A stretch of DNA of 64,000 nt, taken from the IMG/VR virus record IMGVR_UViG_3300027971_004105, one strand, 5' to 3'. The notes under the pieces are model-generated. The model was given only the letters and a program-made list of their open reading frames with translations, did no database searches and was not told where the DNA came from. Made by a program: the position numbers and the translations under genes. Positions 18,483 through 28,064 of this stretch are shown in pieces (position 1 is the first letter of the stretch; every line of letters begins with the position of its first letter). This DNA comes from a virus. Taxonomy: Duplodnaviria > Caudoviricetes.

Positions 18483-19241
18483 ATGAGCGAACTACAAACA
18501 CAAAGACAAGAAATATACAGTTTTGCTAAAGACATGCTGGGTGGGGGCATGGTTGAGGTTGAACTGGATCCCAATCACTATGAAACAGCACTAACCAGAG
18601 CTTTGGGTAGATATCGTCAAAGATCCGACAATTCAGTGGAGGAAAGTTATTTGTTTTTGACCACAGTGTTGGATCAAAACAGTTATACCTTGCCCAACGA
18701 AGTGATGGAAATTAGACAGATTTTTAGAAGAAGTGTTGGTTCAAGAAGTGGTGGCGGAGATGGTGGCACAGTGTTTGAACCATTCAATTTGGCCTACACC
18801 AACACCTATCTATTGGCCAGTTCCAACATGGGTGGTTTGGCCACTTACAACATGTTTTCTCAGTATCAGGAAATGGTGGGTAGAATGTTTGGTTCTTTCA
18901 TAGAATTCAAATGGAACTCAGTGACCAAAGTTTTAACGTTATTACAAAGACCCCGAGCAGAAGAAACATTGATGTTGTTTGCTTACAATTACAGACCCGA
19001 AAGCCAACTGTTGACCGATTACAAATCTAGAGAATGGATCAAAAGTTACACATTGGCCAATTGCAAATACATGTTGGGTGAAGCCAGATCCAAATTCAAC
19101 ACTGTGGCAGGACCACAGGGTGGAACCACACTGAATGGTGACACTTTAAAAGCCGAAGCTCAAGCTGAAATGGATAGATTGGATGCTGAATTGGCCACAC
19201 AAATGGCTGGTGGCGTGGGCTATCATTTCACAATCGGTTAA
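18483..19241 (+). CDS. T4 gp13-like neck protein
   Basis: LGGGMVEVELD, W(I)K.Y..A..K..LG..RSKF....GP.GG.TLNG..L pattern of gp13 homologs; start could also be 18480. Confidence 0.75.
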   Translation: MSELQTQRQEIYSFAKDMLGGGMVEVELDPNHYETALTRALGRYRQRSDNSVEESYLFLTTVLDQNSYTLPNEVMEIRQIFRRSVGSRSGGGDGGTVFEPFNLAYTNTYLLASSNMGGLATYNMFSQYQEMVGRMFGSFIEFKWNSVTKVLTLLQRPRAEETLMLFAYNYRPESQLLTDYKSREWIKSYTLANCKYMLGEARSKFNTVAGPQGGTTLNGDTLKAEAQAEMDRLDAELATQMAGGVGYHFTIG

Positions 19242-19248
19242 TATTTCA

Positions 19249-19277
19249 TTGACATTATTATAAATTTAAAGTACAAT
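19249..19277 (+). promoter_or_regulatory. Sigma70-type promoter TTGACA-N17-TACAAT
   Basis: Near-consensus hexamers with 17 bp spacing upstream of the dNMP kinase. Confidence 0.7.
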
Positions 19278-19288
19278 AGTGCTTTAAT

Positions 19289-19882
19289 ATGATTATCGGA
19301 ATTTGCGGATTAATAGGCAGTGGCAAAGACACCATTGCTGATTGCTTGGTGGAACAACACAATTTTCAAAAAATATCTTTTGCTGACAAACTCAAAGATG
19401 CTGTGGCTCAGATGTTCGATTGGGACAGACAATTGCTGGATGGCAAAACTGATGAAAGCAGAGCTTGGAGAGAACAGCCTGATGCTTATTGGAGCAAAGA
19501 AGTAGGCAGCACGATCACTCCTAGATTGGCTCTACAAAAGTTTGGTACAGAATGCATGCGTAATGGATTTTATGATGGCATATGGGTCAGTTTGACCAAG
19601 AAAAAAATTATAGAAAATCCTCAGATCAACTGGGTTATTCCAGATGTGCGTTTTGTGAATGAAGCTGACATGATCAAAAGTGTTGGTGGAAAAGTTTGGT
19701 GGGTTAAAAGAGGCACATTGCCACTGTGGTTTAAAATATATCAAGATGTGGGCATAGAACCCAAAGACATACATGCCAGTGAATGGGCGTGGGCTAGATT
19801 TGCATTTGATGCTGAACTAAACAACAATAGCACCATAGAAGCTCTTAGAAGTCAGGTACAAGGTCTCCTTGCACCCATTTGA
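19289..19882 (+). CDS. Deoxynucleoside monophosphate kinase (T4 gp1-like)
   Basis: GLIGSGKDT P-loop, SFAD.LK, TPR..LQ.FGTE, VIPDVRF.NE. Confidence 0.9.
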   Translation: MIIGICGLIGSGKDTIADCLVEQHNFQKISFADKLKDAVAQMFDWDRQLLDGKTDESRAWREQPDAYWSKEVGSTITPRLALQKFGTECMRNGFYDGIWVSLTKKKIIENPQINWVIPDVRFVNEADMIKSVGGKVWWVKRGTLPLWFKIYQDVGIEPKDIHASEWAWARFAFDAELNNNSTIEALRSQVQGLLAPI

Positions 19883-20186
19883 TACCTTGTGATTGCAGCA
19901 CTCGCTGACAGTTGGCACACACTGTTTTAAGATTGTTAAATCTACAGTTATTAAGATTGCCATCCACATGAAACACATTAAACTGCTGAGCATGTTTGCT
20001 TTTGTGTGAACACTTATCACACTCGTTTTTTTTCACATAGCCCGACTGCTGCCATTTGGGCATGCCCATGGATCTGCCTTTGTAACGCACACACTGCTCG
20101 CACTGAGATCTATAGAATACCTTGTTTGCTTTGTGATAATTCACAGCACAGGGGCGTTGTTTGCAGGCTTTGCACAAAGGTCGCAT
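19845..20186 (-). CDS. Zn-finger / HNH endonuclease-like protein
   Basis: CxxC pairs plus HVDGNLNNC..NNL..VCANC; start moved to MRPLC at 20186, 4 nt from a minus-strand TAAATA. Confidence 0.7.
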   Translation of the reverse strand: MRPLCKACKQRPCAVNYHKANKVFYRSQCEQCVRYKGRSMGMPKWQQSGYVKKNECDKCSHKSKHAQQFNVFHVDGNLNNCRFNNLKTVCANCQRVLQSQGIKWVQGDLVPDF

Positions 20187-20295
20187 ACAGTATTTAGCTG
20201 CCCTTTTTTGGCCCTTTTTGTTGGGATTAATGAGGTGTATTTTTGAGCTATCTGAATAAATATATTCAAATAAGTCATAGATAGGAGAAAACAAT

Positions 20296-23200
20296 ATGGC
20301 ACTAGTATCACCGGGCGTACAAGTTACAGTAATAGACGAAAGTTTTTATACACCAGCGGAACCAGGTACGGTTCCAATGATCTTTATTGCCACTGCTCAG
20401 GACAAAGCCAATTCAGCAGGCACAGGCACAGCAGAAGGCACAAGAGCAGCCAATGCTGGTAAACCTTATCTTGTAACTTCTCAAAGAGATTTGAGTGACA
20501 CATTTGGTGATGCAATTTTCTACACAGATTCAAACAACAATCCAATTCACGGTGGTGAATTAAATGAGTACGGTTTACAAGCAGCATATTCTTTCCTAGG
20601 AGTGAGCAACAGAGCTTACGTGGTAAGAGCTAACGTAGATTTAGATCAACTTCAAGCATCAGCTGATGCACCAGCCGGAACTCCAGCAGCTGGCACATAT
20701 TGGTTTGACACAGCTAATAGTTTGTTTGGTATATTTGAATGGAATTCTAATCCTGTGACTTCTACAGGAGGTCAAACATTTACTAATAAAGTTCCAACTG
20801 TGATCACAGATGTTGAACAATTAGTGGGTGAAACAGCAGGCAATGCTCCCAAAGGCGCAGTGGGCCAAATTGGAGATTATGCTATCAATGCCACCACAAC
20901 TTTCAATGATTTATACTACAAAAATTATCTAGGCACTTGGGTTCAAGTAGGATCAACTGCTTGGAAAGCCAGTCAGCCAACAGTAATAGGATCTAATCAA
21001 AACGTATTATCTACATCAGGTACTTTTACTATCAATGGAACACCTATCACAGGAACTTCATACACTCAAGTAATTTCTAATATCAACTCAGCAAATATCG
21101 TTGGAGTCACAGCAGCCAGTATCGGCACTGCAGTGGCAATCTTTTCAACCACAAGCAATATTATTTTAGCTTCAGTTTCTGGAACTTTATTAGCAGACTT
21201 AGGATTTACAGCAGGCACAAAATACATTCCTTCAGTAGTGGTTCAACCTCACACACAAATCCCTGCGTTTAAATCTACAGATGCTAATCCAAGACCAACT
21301 GGATCTTTATGGATTAAAATTACTACTCCAAATCTTGGTGCTAGATTTAAAATTAAAAAATTCAATGGTGTGACCAATTTATTTGAAGACATTTCTGCTC
21401 CAATTTACAACAGCAATGAATCTGCACTGTACAACATTGACAGAGCGGGTGGTGGAGCAAATATTGCTGTGGGATCACTTTATGTGAATTCCAACAATGG
21501 CAGTGATGAAGTTGATTTCATAATTCAAAGAAAAGAAAATACTGGAGCAACCATTATTAAATCCAGTGCAATCACCACTCAGTGTGTGTCTGGCACATAC
21601 AGTGTGACCATGCAAGAATCAAAAATCAATCAAGAAGCATTGGGATCTAGCACAACTTTTTCTATCACAACAGTGGGACAATCTGGTGATGCTGATACAA
21701 TTGCTAATGCAATCAATGCTCAAGGGTTTGTTAACATTGAAGCCAGTGTGGACACTTTGAACAGAGTTGTGATATCACACAATATCGGCGGAGATATTAA
21801 AATTACTGATACTGGTGATTTACTTACTTTGGCAGGATTCATAGCAGATTCTACAACCAATCTATACAACGATGATGCCACTGATGGATCAACCAATCCA
21901 GTGGTATTGAGAGCCAGCAATTGGAAAACATTATCTTACACAGCTGACAGCAATGCTCCAACCAGTTTGACTGCAGATGGTCAATTATGGTACAATTCAA
22001 TTGTGGACGAAGCAGATATCATGTATCACAATGGAACCACATGGAAGGGTTACAAAGATGCAGCAGCATTTCCAAATTCTAGTCCACTAGGACCTATCGT
22101 GTCAGCTACTAAACCAACAGTACAATCTGATGAGACACCGTTAGTGACTGGTGATTTATGGATTGATACCAGCGATATTGAAAACTATCCTCAGATTTAC
22201 AGATACAACTCAGCAACTGTTACATGGACTTTGATTGACAATTCAGATCAAACCACAGAAGATGGTATCATATTTGCTGATGCACGTTACAACACTTCAG
22301 GAGCCAACAGCGACACACCAGGCACCATAGAAGCGTTATTAACTTCTAACTTTGTTGATTTTGATGCTCCAGATCCAACATTGTATCCAAAAGGCATGTT
22401 GTTGTTCAACACACGCAGAAGTGGATTCAACGTTAAAAAATTTGTGAGAAATTATGTTGATCTTACTGATCAAAATACAAGATTCAGTGATGAAAACATG
22501 ACTGCATACTATCCTCATAGATGGGTTTTAGAATCTGGCAATCAAACCAACGGTGCTGGTAGCTTTGGTAGAAAAGCACAGAGAAAAGTTGTTATCCAAG
22601 CATTACAAGCATTGGTCAACAACAATGATGCCATCAGAGATGATGCTTCTAGAATATTCAACTTGATAGCATGTCCTGGTTATTCAGAATTGATCGGCGA
22701 AATGATTTCATTAAACTATGACAGAGGTTTAAGTGCTTTTGTTGTAGGAGATTCTCCATTTAGATTGACTCCAGATGCCACTTCATTAAACGAATGGGCA
22801 ACCAACGTGAATCTAGCAGTGCAAGACAGTGACGAAGGTCTAGTTTCATTTGATGAATACATGGGCGTATTTTATCCATCAGGATTCACCAGTGATAACT
22901 TTGGCAACGACATTGTGGTGCCAGCCAGTCATATGATATTGAGAACTATTGCATTGAGTGACCAAGTTTCTTATCCATGGTTTGCTCCAGCAGGCACAAG
23001 ACGTGGTGGCATAACAAACGCATCAAGTGTGGGTTACATCACATCAGAAGGTGAATTTGAGAGCATAGCATTGAACGAAGGTCAAAGAGACACATTGTAT
23101 ACTTCTAATGTGAACCCAATCACTTTCATCACAGGTGCTGGTTTAGTCAACTATGGTCAAAAAACCAGAGCAAGAAATGCTTCAGCACTGGACAGAATCA

Positions 23201-23508
23201 ACGTTGCTAGATTGGTTATCTACTTAAGAAGTCAATTGAACAGATTGGCCAAACCATATGTGTTTGAACCCAATGACAAAATTACTAGAGACGAAATTAA
23301 ACAGCAAGCAGAAGGTCTACTGCTAGAGCTAGTGGGACAAAGAGCACTATACGACTTTATCGTGGTGTGCGATGAATCCAACAATACTCCAGCCAGAATA
23401 GATCGTAATGAATTGTACTTGGACATAGCAATTGAACCAGTTAAAGCAGTTGAGTTCATTTACATACCGTTGCGTTTGAAAAACACAGGAGAAATAAGCG
23501 GTTTATAA
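20296..23508 (+). CDS. gp18: Tail sheath protein (T4 gp18-like), 1070 aa
   Basis: MALVSPGVQV...DES, PWFAPAG..RG, R.LY...VNPI, LDRINVARL, FEPND..TR, ID.NEL..DI.I.P.K..EFI; AGGAG SD and TAAATA at 20257-20262. Confidence 0.93.
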   Translation: MALVSPGVQVTVIDESFYTPAEPGTVPMIFIATAQDKANSAGTGTAEGTRAANAGKPYLVTSQRDLSDTFGDAIFYTDSNNNPIHGGELNEYGLQAAYSFLGVSNRAYVVRANVDLDQLQASADAPAGTPAAGTYWFDTANSLFGIFEWNSNPVTSTGGQTFTNKVPTVITDVEQLVGETAGNAPKGAVGQIGDYAINATTTFNDLYYKNYLGTWVQVGSTAWKASQPTVIGSNQNVLSTSGTFTINGTPITGTSYTQVISNINSANIVGVTAASIGTAVAIFSTTSNIILASVSGTLLADLGFTAGTKYIPSVVVQPHTQIPAFKSTDANPRPTGSLWIKITTPNLGARFKIKKFNGVTNLFEDISAPIYNSNESALYNIDRAGGGANIAVGSLYVNSNNGSDEVDFIIQRKENTGATIIKSSAITTQCVSGTYSVTMQESKINQEALGSSTTFSITTVGQSGDADTIANAINAQGFVNIEASVDTLNRVVISHNIGGDIKITDTGDLLTLAGFIADSTTNLYNDDATDGSTNPVVLRASNWKTLSYTADSNAPTSLTADGQLWYNSIVDEADIMYHNGTTWKGYKDAAAFPNSSPLGPIVSATKPTVQSDETPLVTGDLWIDTSDIENYPQIYRYNSATVTWTLIDNSDQTTEDGIIFADARYNTSGANSDTPGTIEALLTSNFVDFDAPDPTLYPKGMLLFNTRRSGFNVKKFVRNYVDLTDQNTRFSDENMTAYYPHRWVLESGNQTNGAGSFGRKAQRKVVIQALQALVNNNDAIRDDASRIFNLIACPGYSELIGEMISLNYDRGLSAFVVGDSPFRLTPDATSLNEWATNVNLAVQDSDEGLVSFDEYMGVFYPSGFTSDNFGNDIVVPASHMILRTIALSDQVSYPWFAPAGTRRGGITNASSVGYITSEGEFESIALNEGQRDTLYTSNVNPITFITGAGLVNYGQKTRARNASALDRINVARLVIYLRSQLNRLAKPYVFEPNDKITRDEIKQQAEGLLLELVGQRALYDFIVVCDESNNTPARIDRNELYLDIAIEPVKAVEFIYIPLRLKNTGEISGL

Positions 23509-23514
23509 TAACTT

Positions 23515-23522
23515 TATAAATA
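23515..23522 (+). promoter_or_regulatory. T4-type late promoter TATAAATA
   Basis: Exact T4 late consensus upstream of the tail tube gene. Confidence 0.75.
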
Positions 23523-23540
23523 CTAGCAATAGGAGAAACA

Positions 23541-24167
23541 ATGAGTATATCTACACTATCTAAATTGACAGTACCTTTGGCCAGCAACGCAAGTGCAGGC
23601 AGTCAGGGTCTGTTGATGCCAAAATTATCGTATCGTTTCAGAGTCACATTGGAAAATTTTGGTGTATCGACTCCAACCACAGAATTAACTAAACAAGTTA
23701 TTGATGTTACAAGACCCAACGTAAGTTTTGAAAACATCACATTAGATGTGTACAACTCTAAAGTTTATCTTGCTGGTAAACACACTTGGGAACCTATCAC
23801 ATTAAATTTAAGAGAAGATGTGAACAATAATGTACAAAAATTAGTAGGCGAACAGCTACAGAAACAATTTGACTTTTATGAACAATCTGCTGCTGCTTCA
23901 GGATCTGATTACAAATTTGTAACTAGAATTGAAGTGTTAGATGGTGGTAACGGAGCAAATGCTGCCAACATTTTAGAAACTTTCGAATTGTATGGTTGCT
24001 ATGTAGATTCAGCAAACTATAACACATTGGCTTACAACACCAACGATCCTATCAGCGTGACATTATCTATCAGATATGACAATGCTATTCAAACGCCTCA
24101 GGGTACAGGAATTGGCACCGCAATAGGTCGTACAATTAATACTCTTGCCACAGGCGGCGGACAATAA
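23541..24167 (+). CDS. gp19: Tail tube protein (T4 gp19-like)
   Basis: Directly follows the sheath gene; RFRV, RP.V, AGK.TW.PI, Y.....F...I.YD tube fold pattern. Confidence 0.85.
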   Translation: MSISTLSKLTVPLASNASAGSQGLLMPKLSYRFRVTLENFGVSTPTTELTKQVIDVTRPNVSFENITLDVYNSKVYLAGKHTWEPITLNLREDVNNNVQKLVGEQLQKQFDFYEQSAAASGSDYKFVTRIEVLDGGNGANAANILETFELYGCYVDSANYNTLAYNTNDPISVTLSIRYDNAIQTPQGTGIGTAIGRTINTLATGGGQ

Positions 24168-24189
24168 TTTAAACATCTTAAATTGATTC

Positions 24190-24218
24190 AAAAAGGGGTC
24201 TAAATGGCCCCTTTTTTT
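24190..24218 (+). terminator. Rho-independent terminator
   Basis: aaaaggggtc-taaat-ggcccctttt stem followed by a T7 run. Confidence 0.85.
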
Positions 24219-24256
24219 ATTTTAGCAGCATAGATTTACAACACATAAATATTAGC

Positions 24257-25375
24257 ATGCCAAACATATTAAAACCTTTTTTAGATAATCTTTTCAAAGG
24301 AGCTTTAAATCCCAAAGGCAACCTTGCTGACTATCAACATGGACAAAGATTATTTGTGGATGACAGTTTTAGATTGGCTCCAAAACAAAAGTTTCTTTAC
24401 CACGTATCATTCAATATTAACTCTCGCGCCACAGCAATTATTCCTAATTTCAATTCCACTGTTGGCGAAGAATTAAACATGTTGGTAAAATCTGTGGATT
24501 TACCCAAATACACCATAGAAACTGTGACCAAAAATCAATACAACAAAAAAAGAAAATTACAAACTAGAATAAATTATGATCCTATTCAAGTAGTATTTCA
24601 CGATGACAACTATGGCATAACCACTGCTATGTGGCAGATGTATTATCAATATTATTTTAAAGATGGAAACTATGGCAAAAAAGATCAAACTAAAACCATA
24701 TCCAGCACTGTGCCTGATCAGTACAACAGAGGAAATACCATATCAGGAGACACGGCAAACAAATATAGATATGGAATGGATTCTGATTCTTTTGAACCTT
24801 TTTTTACCAGCATACAAATTTATCAAATGGCTAGAAAAAGATACACTTGTTACACATTGGTGAATCCATTGATAACCAATTGGCAAGGAGACACGTTATC
24901 ATATGGCAGCAATGATCCAGTGGCCAACAGTATGACCATAGAGTTTGAAACTGTATTCATGAGCAGAGGACCAGTAACTGCTGGATCAGCACCCAAAGGA
25001 TTTGGTGTTAGACACTATGATAAAACCCCAAGTCCGTTGTCATTGCCTGGTGGAGGAACCACTAGTGTGTTTGGAGTGGGTGGAGTATTGAGTGGACTTT
25101 TTGGATTGGGTGGAGACAAAAGTGCTTTCAGTGATATTGAATCGGGCGGTGCGGGATCTGGTAGTTTTTTAAAAACAGTTATAAGCAGTGCTAACAGACT
25201 TAAAAATTTAAAAAAATTAAACAAAGAAGGTTTGAGAGAAGAAGGATTCAATATAGTCAAAGAAGGAATTGGCAGAGTGGGTGGAACCAATGTGAGTGGT
25301 GTGGCCAACACACTGTTTCCTAAAAATACCCCTGTGGCTAATAACGTAACCAAAGCTGAGTTAAAAAGAAGATAA
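24257..25375 (+). CDS. Tail-tube-like baseplate protein (gp54/gp48-like tube initiator)
   Basis: LVKSVDLPKY, ..YDPI...FHDD, L.NP.I..W...L.Y tube-fold motifs with a Gly-rich C-terminal extension. Confidence 0.55.
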   Translation: MPNILKPFLDNLFKGALNPKGNLADYQHGQRLFVDDSFRLAPKQKFLYHVSFNINSRATAIIPNFNSTVGEELNMLVKSVDLPKYTIETVTKNQYNKKRKLQTRINYDPIQVVFHDDNYGITTAMWQMYYQYYFKDGNYGKKDQTKTISSTVPDQYNRGNTISGDTANKYRYGMDSDSFEPFFTSIQIYQMARKRYTCYTLVNPLITNWQGDTLSYGSNDPVANSMTIEFETVFMSRGPVTAGSAPKGFGVRHYDKTPSPLSLPGGGTTSVFGVGGVLSGLFGLGGDKSAFSDIESGGAGSGSFLKTVISSANRLKNLKKLNKEGLREEGFNIVKEGIGRVGGTNVSGVANTLFPKNTPVANNVTKAELKRR

Positions 25376-25378
25376 TTT

Positions 25379-25855
25379 ATGTCCAGTGAAAATATTATTA
25401 ATTCTGATTTTCCTGAATTAGATGTTTCAATTCCTAATATTAATCCTAGAGAATTGAGTGTTACTAACAAAGAAAAAATCAATACCTCAAACAATGTTCC
25501 CAGCACTGTTTCAAACACTGATAGTGCTCAGCCAGTTAAAACATTTTTTGACAAATATTTTGTTGAGCCTATCAGTATTCCAGCTGGTGAAATAGATGCT
25601 GTGATAGGATTTTTTGAAAAAAGAAATTTTGAAAAAACTGCAGCAGTCAGTGTGTCCACAATTTTATTACAGCAGGCCAAGTTAGATAATGTGAATATTT
25701 TTCAATTGTTGGATACTTTAAAAGGATTGAGCGAATTACAATTGAGTAGTGTTGTTGCAGAAATTTTAAATGTGAACAGATCAAAAATTTCCACACTAGG
25801 ATTCAAAGTGACCAACAATCAAAACCAATTCGAAAAACGCAACATAGTGGTATAA
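25379..25855 (+). CDS. Hypothetical protein
   Basis: Clean ORF tightly packed in the morphogenesis operon. Confidence 0.7.
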   Translation: MSSENIINSDFPELDVSIPNINPRELSVTNKEKINTSNNVPSTVSNTDSAQPVKTFFDKYFVEPISIPAGEIDAVIGFFEKRNFEKTAAVSVSTILLQQAKLDNVNIFQLLDTLKGLSELQLSSVVAEILNVNRSKISTLGFKVTNNQNQFEKRNIVV

Positions 25856-25859
25856 TCAG

Positions 25860-26303
25860 ATGCCTCGACGTTTTGCTCAAGGTAAATTCACTTTAAAAAA
25901 TCCTGAAAAATATCTAGGAACCAAAGACCCATTGTACAGATCCAGTTGGGAATTTGCTTTTATGAAATTTTGTGATGAAAGTCCTTCCATTGCCAAATGG
26001 GCCAGTGAAGCAGTGAGAATACCTTACAGAAATCCTCTCACCGGAAGATACACCATATATGTGCCAGACTTTTTTATCAACTATGTGGACAAGGGTGGAC
26101 AACCACATGCAGAGATAGTTGAAATCAAACCACAGAATCAATCGTTGAGAGAAAAAGTGGGAAAAAATTTAAACAATCAAGCCAGTTACATTTTGAATCA
26201 AGCCAAATGGGAAGCTGCCACTGCATGGTGCCGTCAAAAAGGTTTAAAGTTCAGGGTGATCAACGAAACCGATATTTTTCACCAAGGCAGCAAGCGCCGA
26301 TAA
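25860..26303 (+). CDS. gp4: Head completion nuclease (T4 gp4-like, TnsA-like fold)
   Basis: YRSSWE..FM..CD...I..W.SE...IPY, YVPDF, EIKP, NQAKWEAA..WC...G..F.V..E. Confidence 0.85.
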   Translation: MPRRFAQGKFTLKNPEKYLGTKDPLYRSSWEFAFMKFCDESPSIAKWASEAVRIPYRNPLTGRYTIYVPDFFINYVDKGGQPHAEIVEIKPQNQSLREKVGKNLNNQASYILNQAKWEAATAWCRQKGLKFRVINETDIFHQGSKRR

Positions 26304-26314
26304 ATAATACTATC

Positions 26315-26806
26315 ATGACCAAAAAATTAGAAGATCTATTGAATCTACCAGAATCCAAAGACATAGTGATGGAAGAAAAAAATAAAAAAGAACAAGAAAA
26401 ATCTTTGGATGCTCAAAAAGAAACCCTGCGAGACATTGCTGAGTTTGACAAGATCACTGCAGCACTACCCATGGTGAAAGATTTGGGCACAATGGCTGAT
26501 GAAGAACTGGATGAAATAGCCAAAAAAGCCATGACTGCCTATGACGATTTGATGGACTTGGGCATGAACGTGGAGAGCAGATACAGTGGTAGAGTGTTTG
26601 AAGTGGCTGGTAACATGTTGAAAACCACACTGGAAGCCAAAGCAGCCAAAATAGACAAAAAGCTCAAAATGATAGATCTACAGATACGCAAGCAAAAGAT
26701 GGACAGAGATGGTGGAATTGACGATTCTAACATGGTACAGGGCGAAGGCTACGTGGTTACTGATCGTAACAGTTTGATTGAAAAACTTAAAAATATGGAT
26801 AAATAA
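26315..26806 (+). CDS. terS: Terminase small subunit (gp16-like)
   Basis: Helical protein with GRVFEVAGNMLK, similar to the RAYEVA..LIK motif of T4-like TerS; start revised to MTKKLEDLL. Confidence 0.65.
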   Translation: MTKKLEDLLNLPESKDIVMEEKNKKEQEKSLDAQKETLRDIAEFDKITAALPMVKDLGTMADEELDEIAKKAMTAYDDLMDLGMNVESRYSGRVFEVAGNMLKTTLEAKAAKIDKKLKMIDLQIRKQKMDRDGGIDDSNMVQGEGYVVTDRNSLIEKLKNMDK

Positions 26807-26812
26807 ACACAT

Positions 26813-27391
26813 ATGGAAACAGAATTTAAAAAAATACTGGCAGAAAGCAAAAAAACCTACAGATTTAAATTGGGTTTAGCTGGTGAATTGTCTGAAAATA
26901 TCAATGACACTTTGAAACAAGCACTTAGCAAATATGAAATAGTGAGTTTGTCCAAAGGCAAAAAAACTCCAATCACAGAAAGACCACTGGATTTCCCCAA
27001 ACTACAGAACATGGAAGTCACATACTTTGATGCTGAATTGGCCTATCCTACCACTCCAGAAATTTTAGAACAATACGTGAGTTTGATCACGAAGGTCCCA
27101 ATGAGTCATGTGATAGTGAGAACAGACGTGCAGCATACGGATTATCCCACAGACAAAAAAGAAGAACCCTATGTAGCAAAACTTGAAACACCATTGGAGC
27201 AAGCAGATAAGAAAGCACAAGATCAAGTGGGACAAAAGAGAGTCACAGAAATTTTAAAACAGATGGAAAAAGACAGAAAAGCAATCACTTTTGCCAAAGA
27301 AGATTCAAAAAATAAAAAAGAAAAACAATTGCAGGACAGAGAAGAGAAAGCCTCTGCATCACCTTTAACCAAAGTCAAACACGATAAATAG
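26813..27391 (+). CDS. Hypothetical protein (possible prohead/internal protein)
   Basis: Charged protein, N-terminal KKILAES; TAAATA 7 nt upstream of ATG. Confidence 0.65.
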   Translation: METEFKKILAESKKTYRFKLGLAGELSENINDTLKQALSKYEIVSLSKGKKTPITERPLDFPKLQNMEVTYFDAELAYPTTPEILEQYVSLITKVPMSHVIVRTDVQHTDYPTDKKEEPYVAKLETPLEQADKKAQDQVGQKRVTEILKQMEKDRKAITFAKEDSKNKKEKQLQDREEKASASPLTKVKHDK

Positions 27392-27395
27392 AGTT

Positions 27396-28016
27396 ATGGA
27401 TATCAGAGATATATTAAGCAGGATTGACAAAGTTCAAAACCCCAAAGAACTTGCCAGCGAGATTGTTAAGTCTAATCTTACAGAAGCAGCATCTATCAGT
27501 GTGAACATGTATGGAAATACACCTGACGAAGTTCAAGCCATGTATCAAATTTTTAAAAATGCAGGATTGACTCCTCCAACACCAGCAGTGGTTGGACCCG
27601 CTCCTGTAGAAGCTGAAGAAAAATCAGTGGGTGAGGATGACAGATATCAAGCCAGCACCACTCCAGATCCTAAATATGCCACAATACCAGACACAGTGGA
27701 TCCCACAGGTGATGATCTTCATAAGAAGAAAAAAATGTATGCCAGAAGTCAACCAGGCGACAATCCAATGGCTGTGAAAGAAGATGACATTTCATTAGCA
27801 GAAAAAATCAAATCACAATTAACTCAAGACTATGCTGCTTTTAAAGAAGGTGCAGTCAAAGGTTGGTTGATGGACATGGAATCAGACGCAGCTGAAATGA
27901 ACAAAGACGAATTCATCAAAAAACACGGTCAAAGACATGCAGATATTTGGGATAGAATAAATTCTGAAAATCCTGATTCAAATTCTGATTCTTTTGAAGA
28001 TATTGAACTAGAATAA
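27396..28016 (+). CDS. Hypothetical acidic protein (possible scaffold/internal head protein)
   Basis: Acidic and modular; TAAATA 5 nt upstream of ATG. Confidence 0.65.
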   Translation: MDIRDILSRIDKVQNPKELASEIVKSNLTEAASISVNMYGNTPDEVQAMYQIFKNAGLTPPTPAVVGPAPVEAEEKSVGEDDRYQASTTPDPKYATIPDTVDPTGDDLHKKKKMYARSQPGDNPMAVKEDDISLAEKIKSQLTQDYAAFKEGAVKGWLMDMESDAAEMNKDEFIKKHGQRHADIWDRINSENPDSNSDSFEDIELE

Positions 28017-28064
28017 TCACTTCACAAACAAATTACCTCACATTTAATCAGATAAGTACTACAT

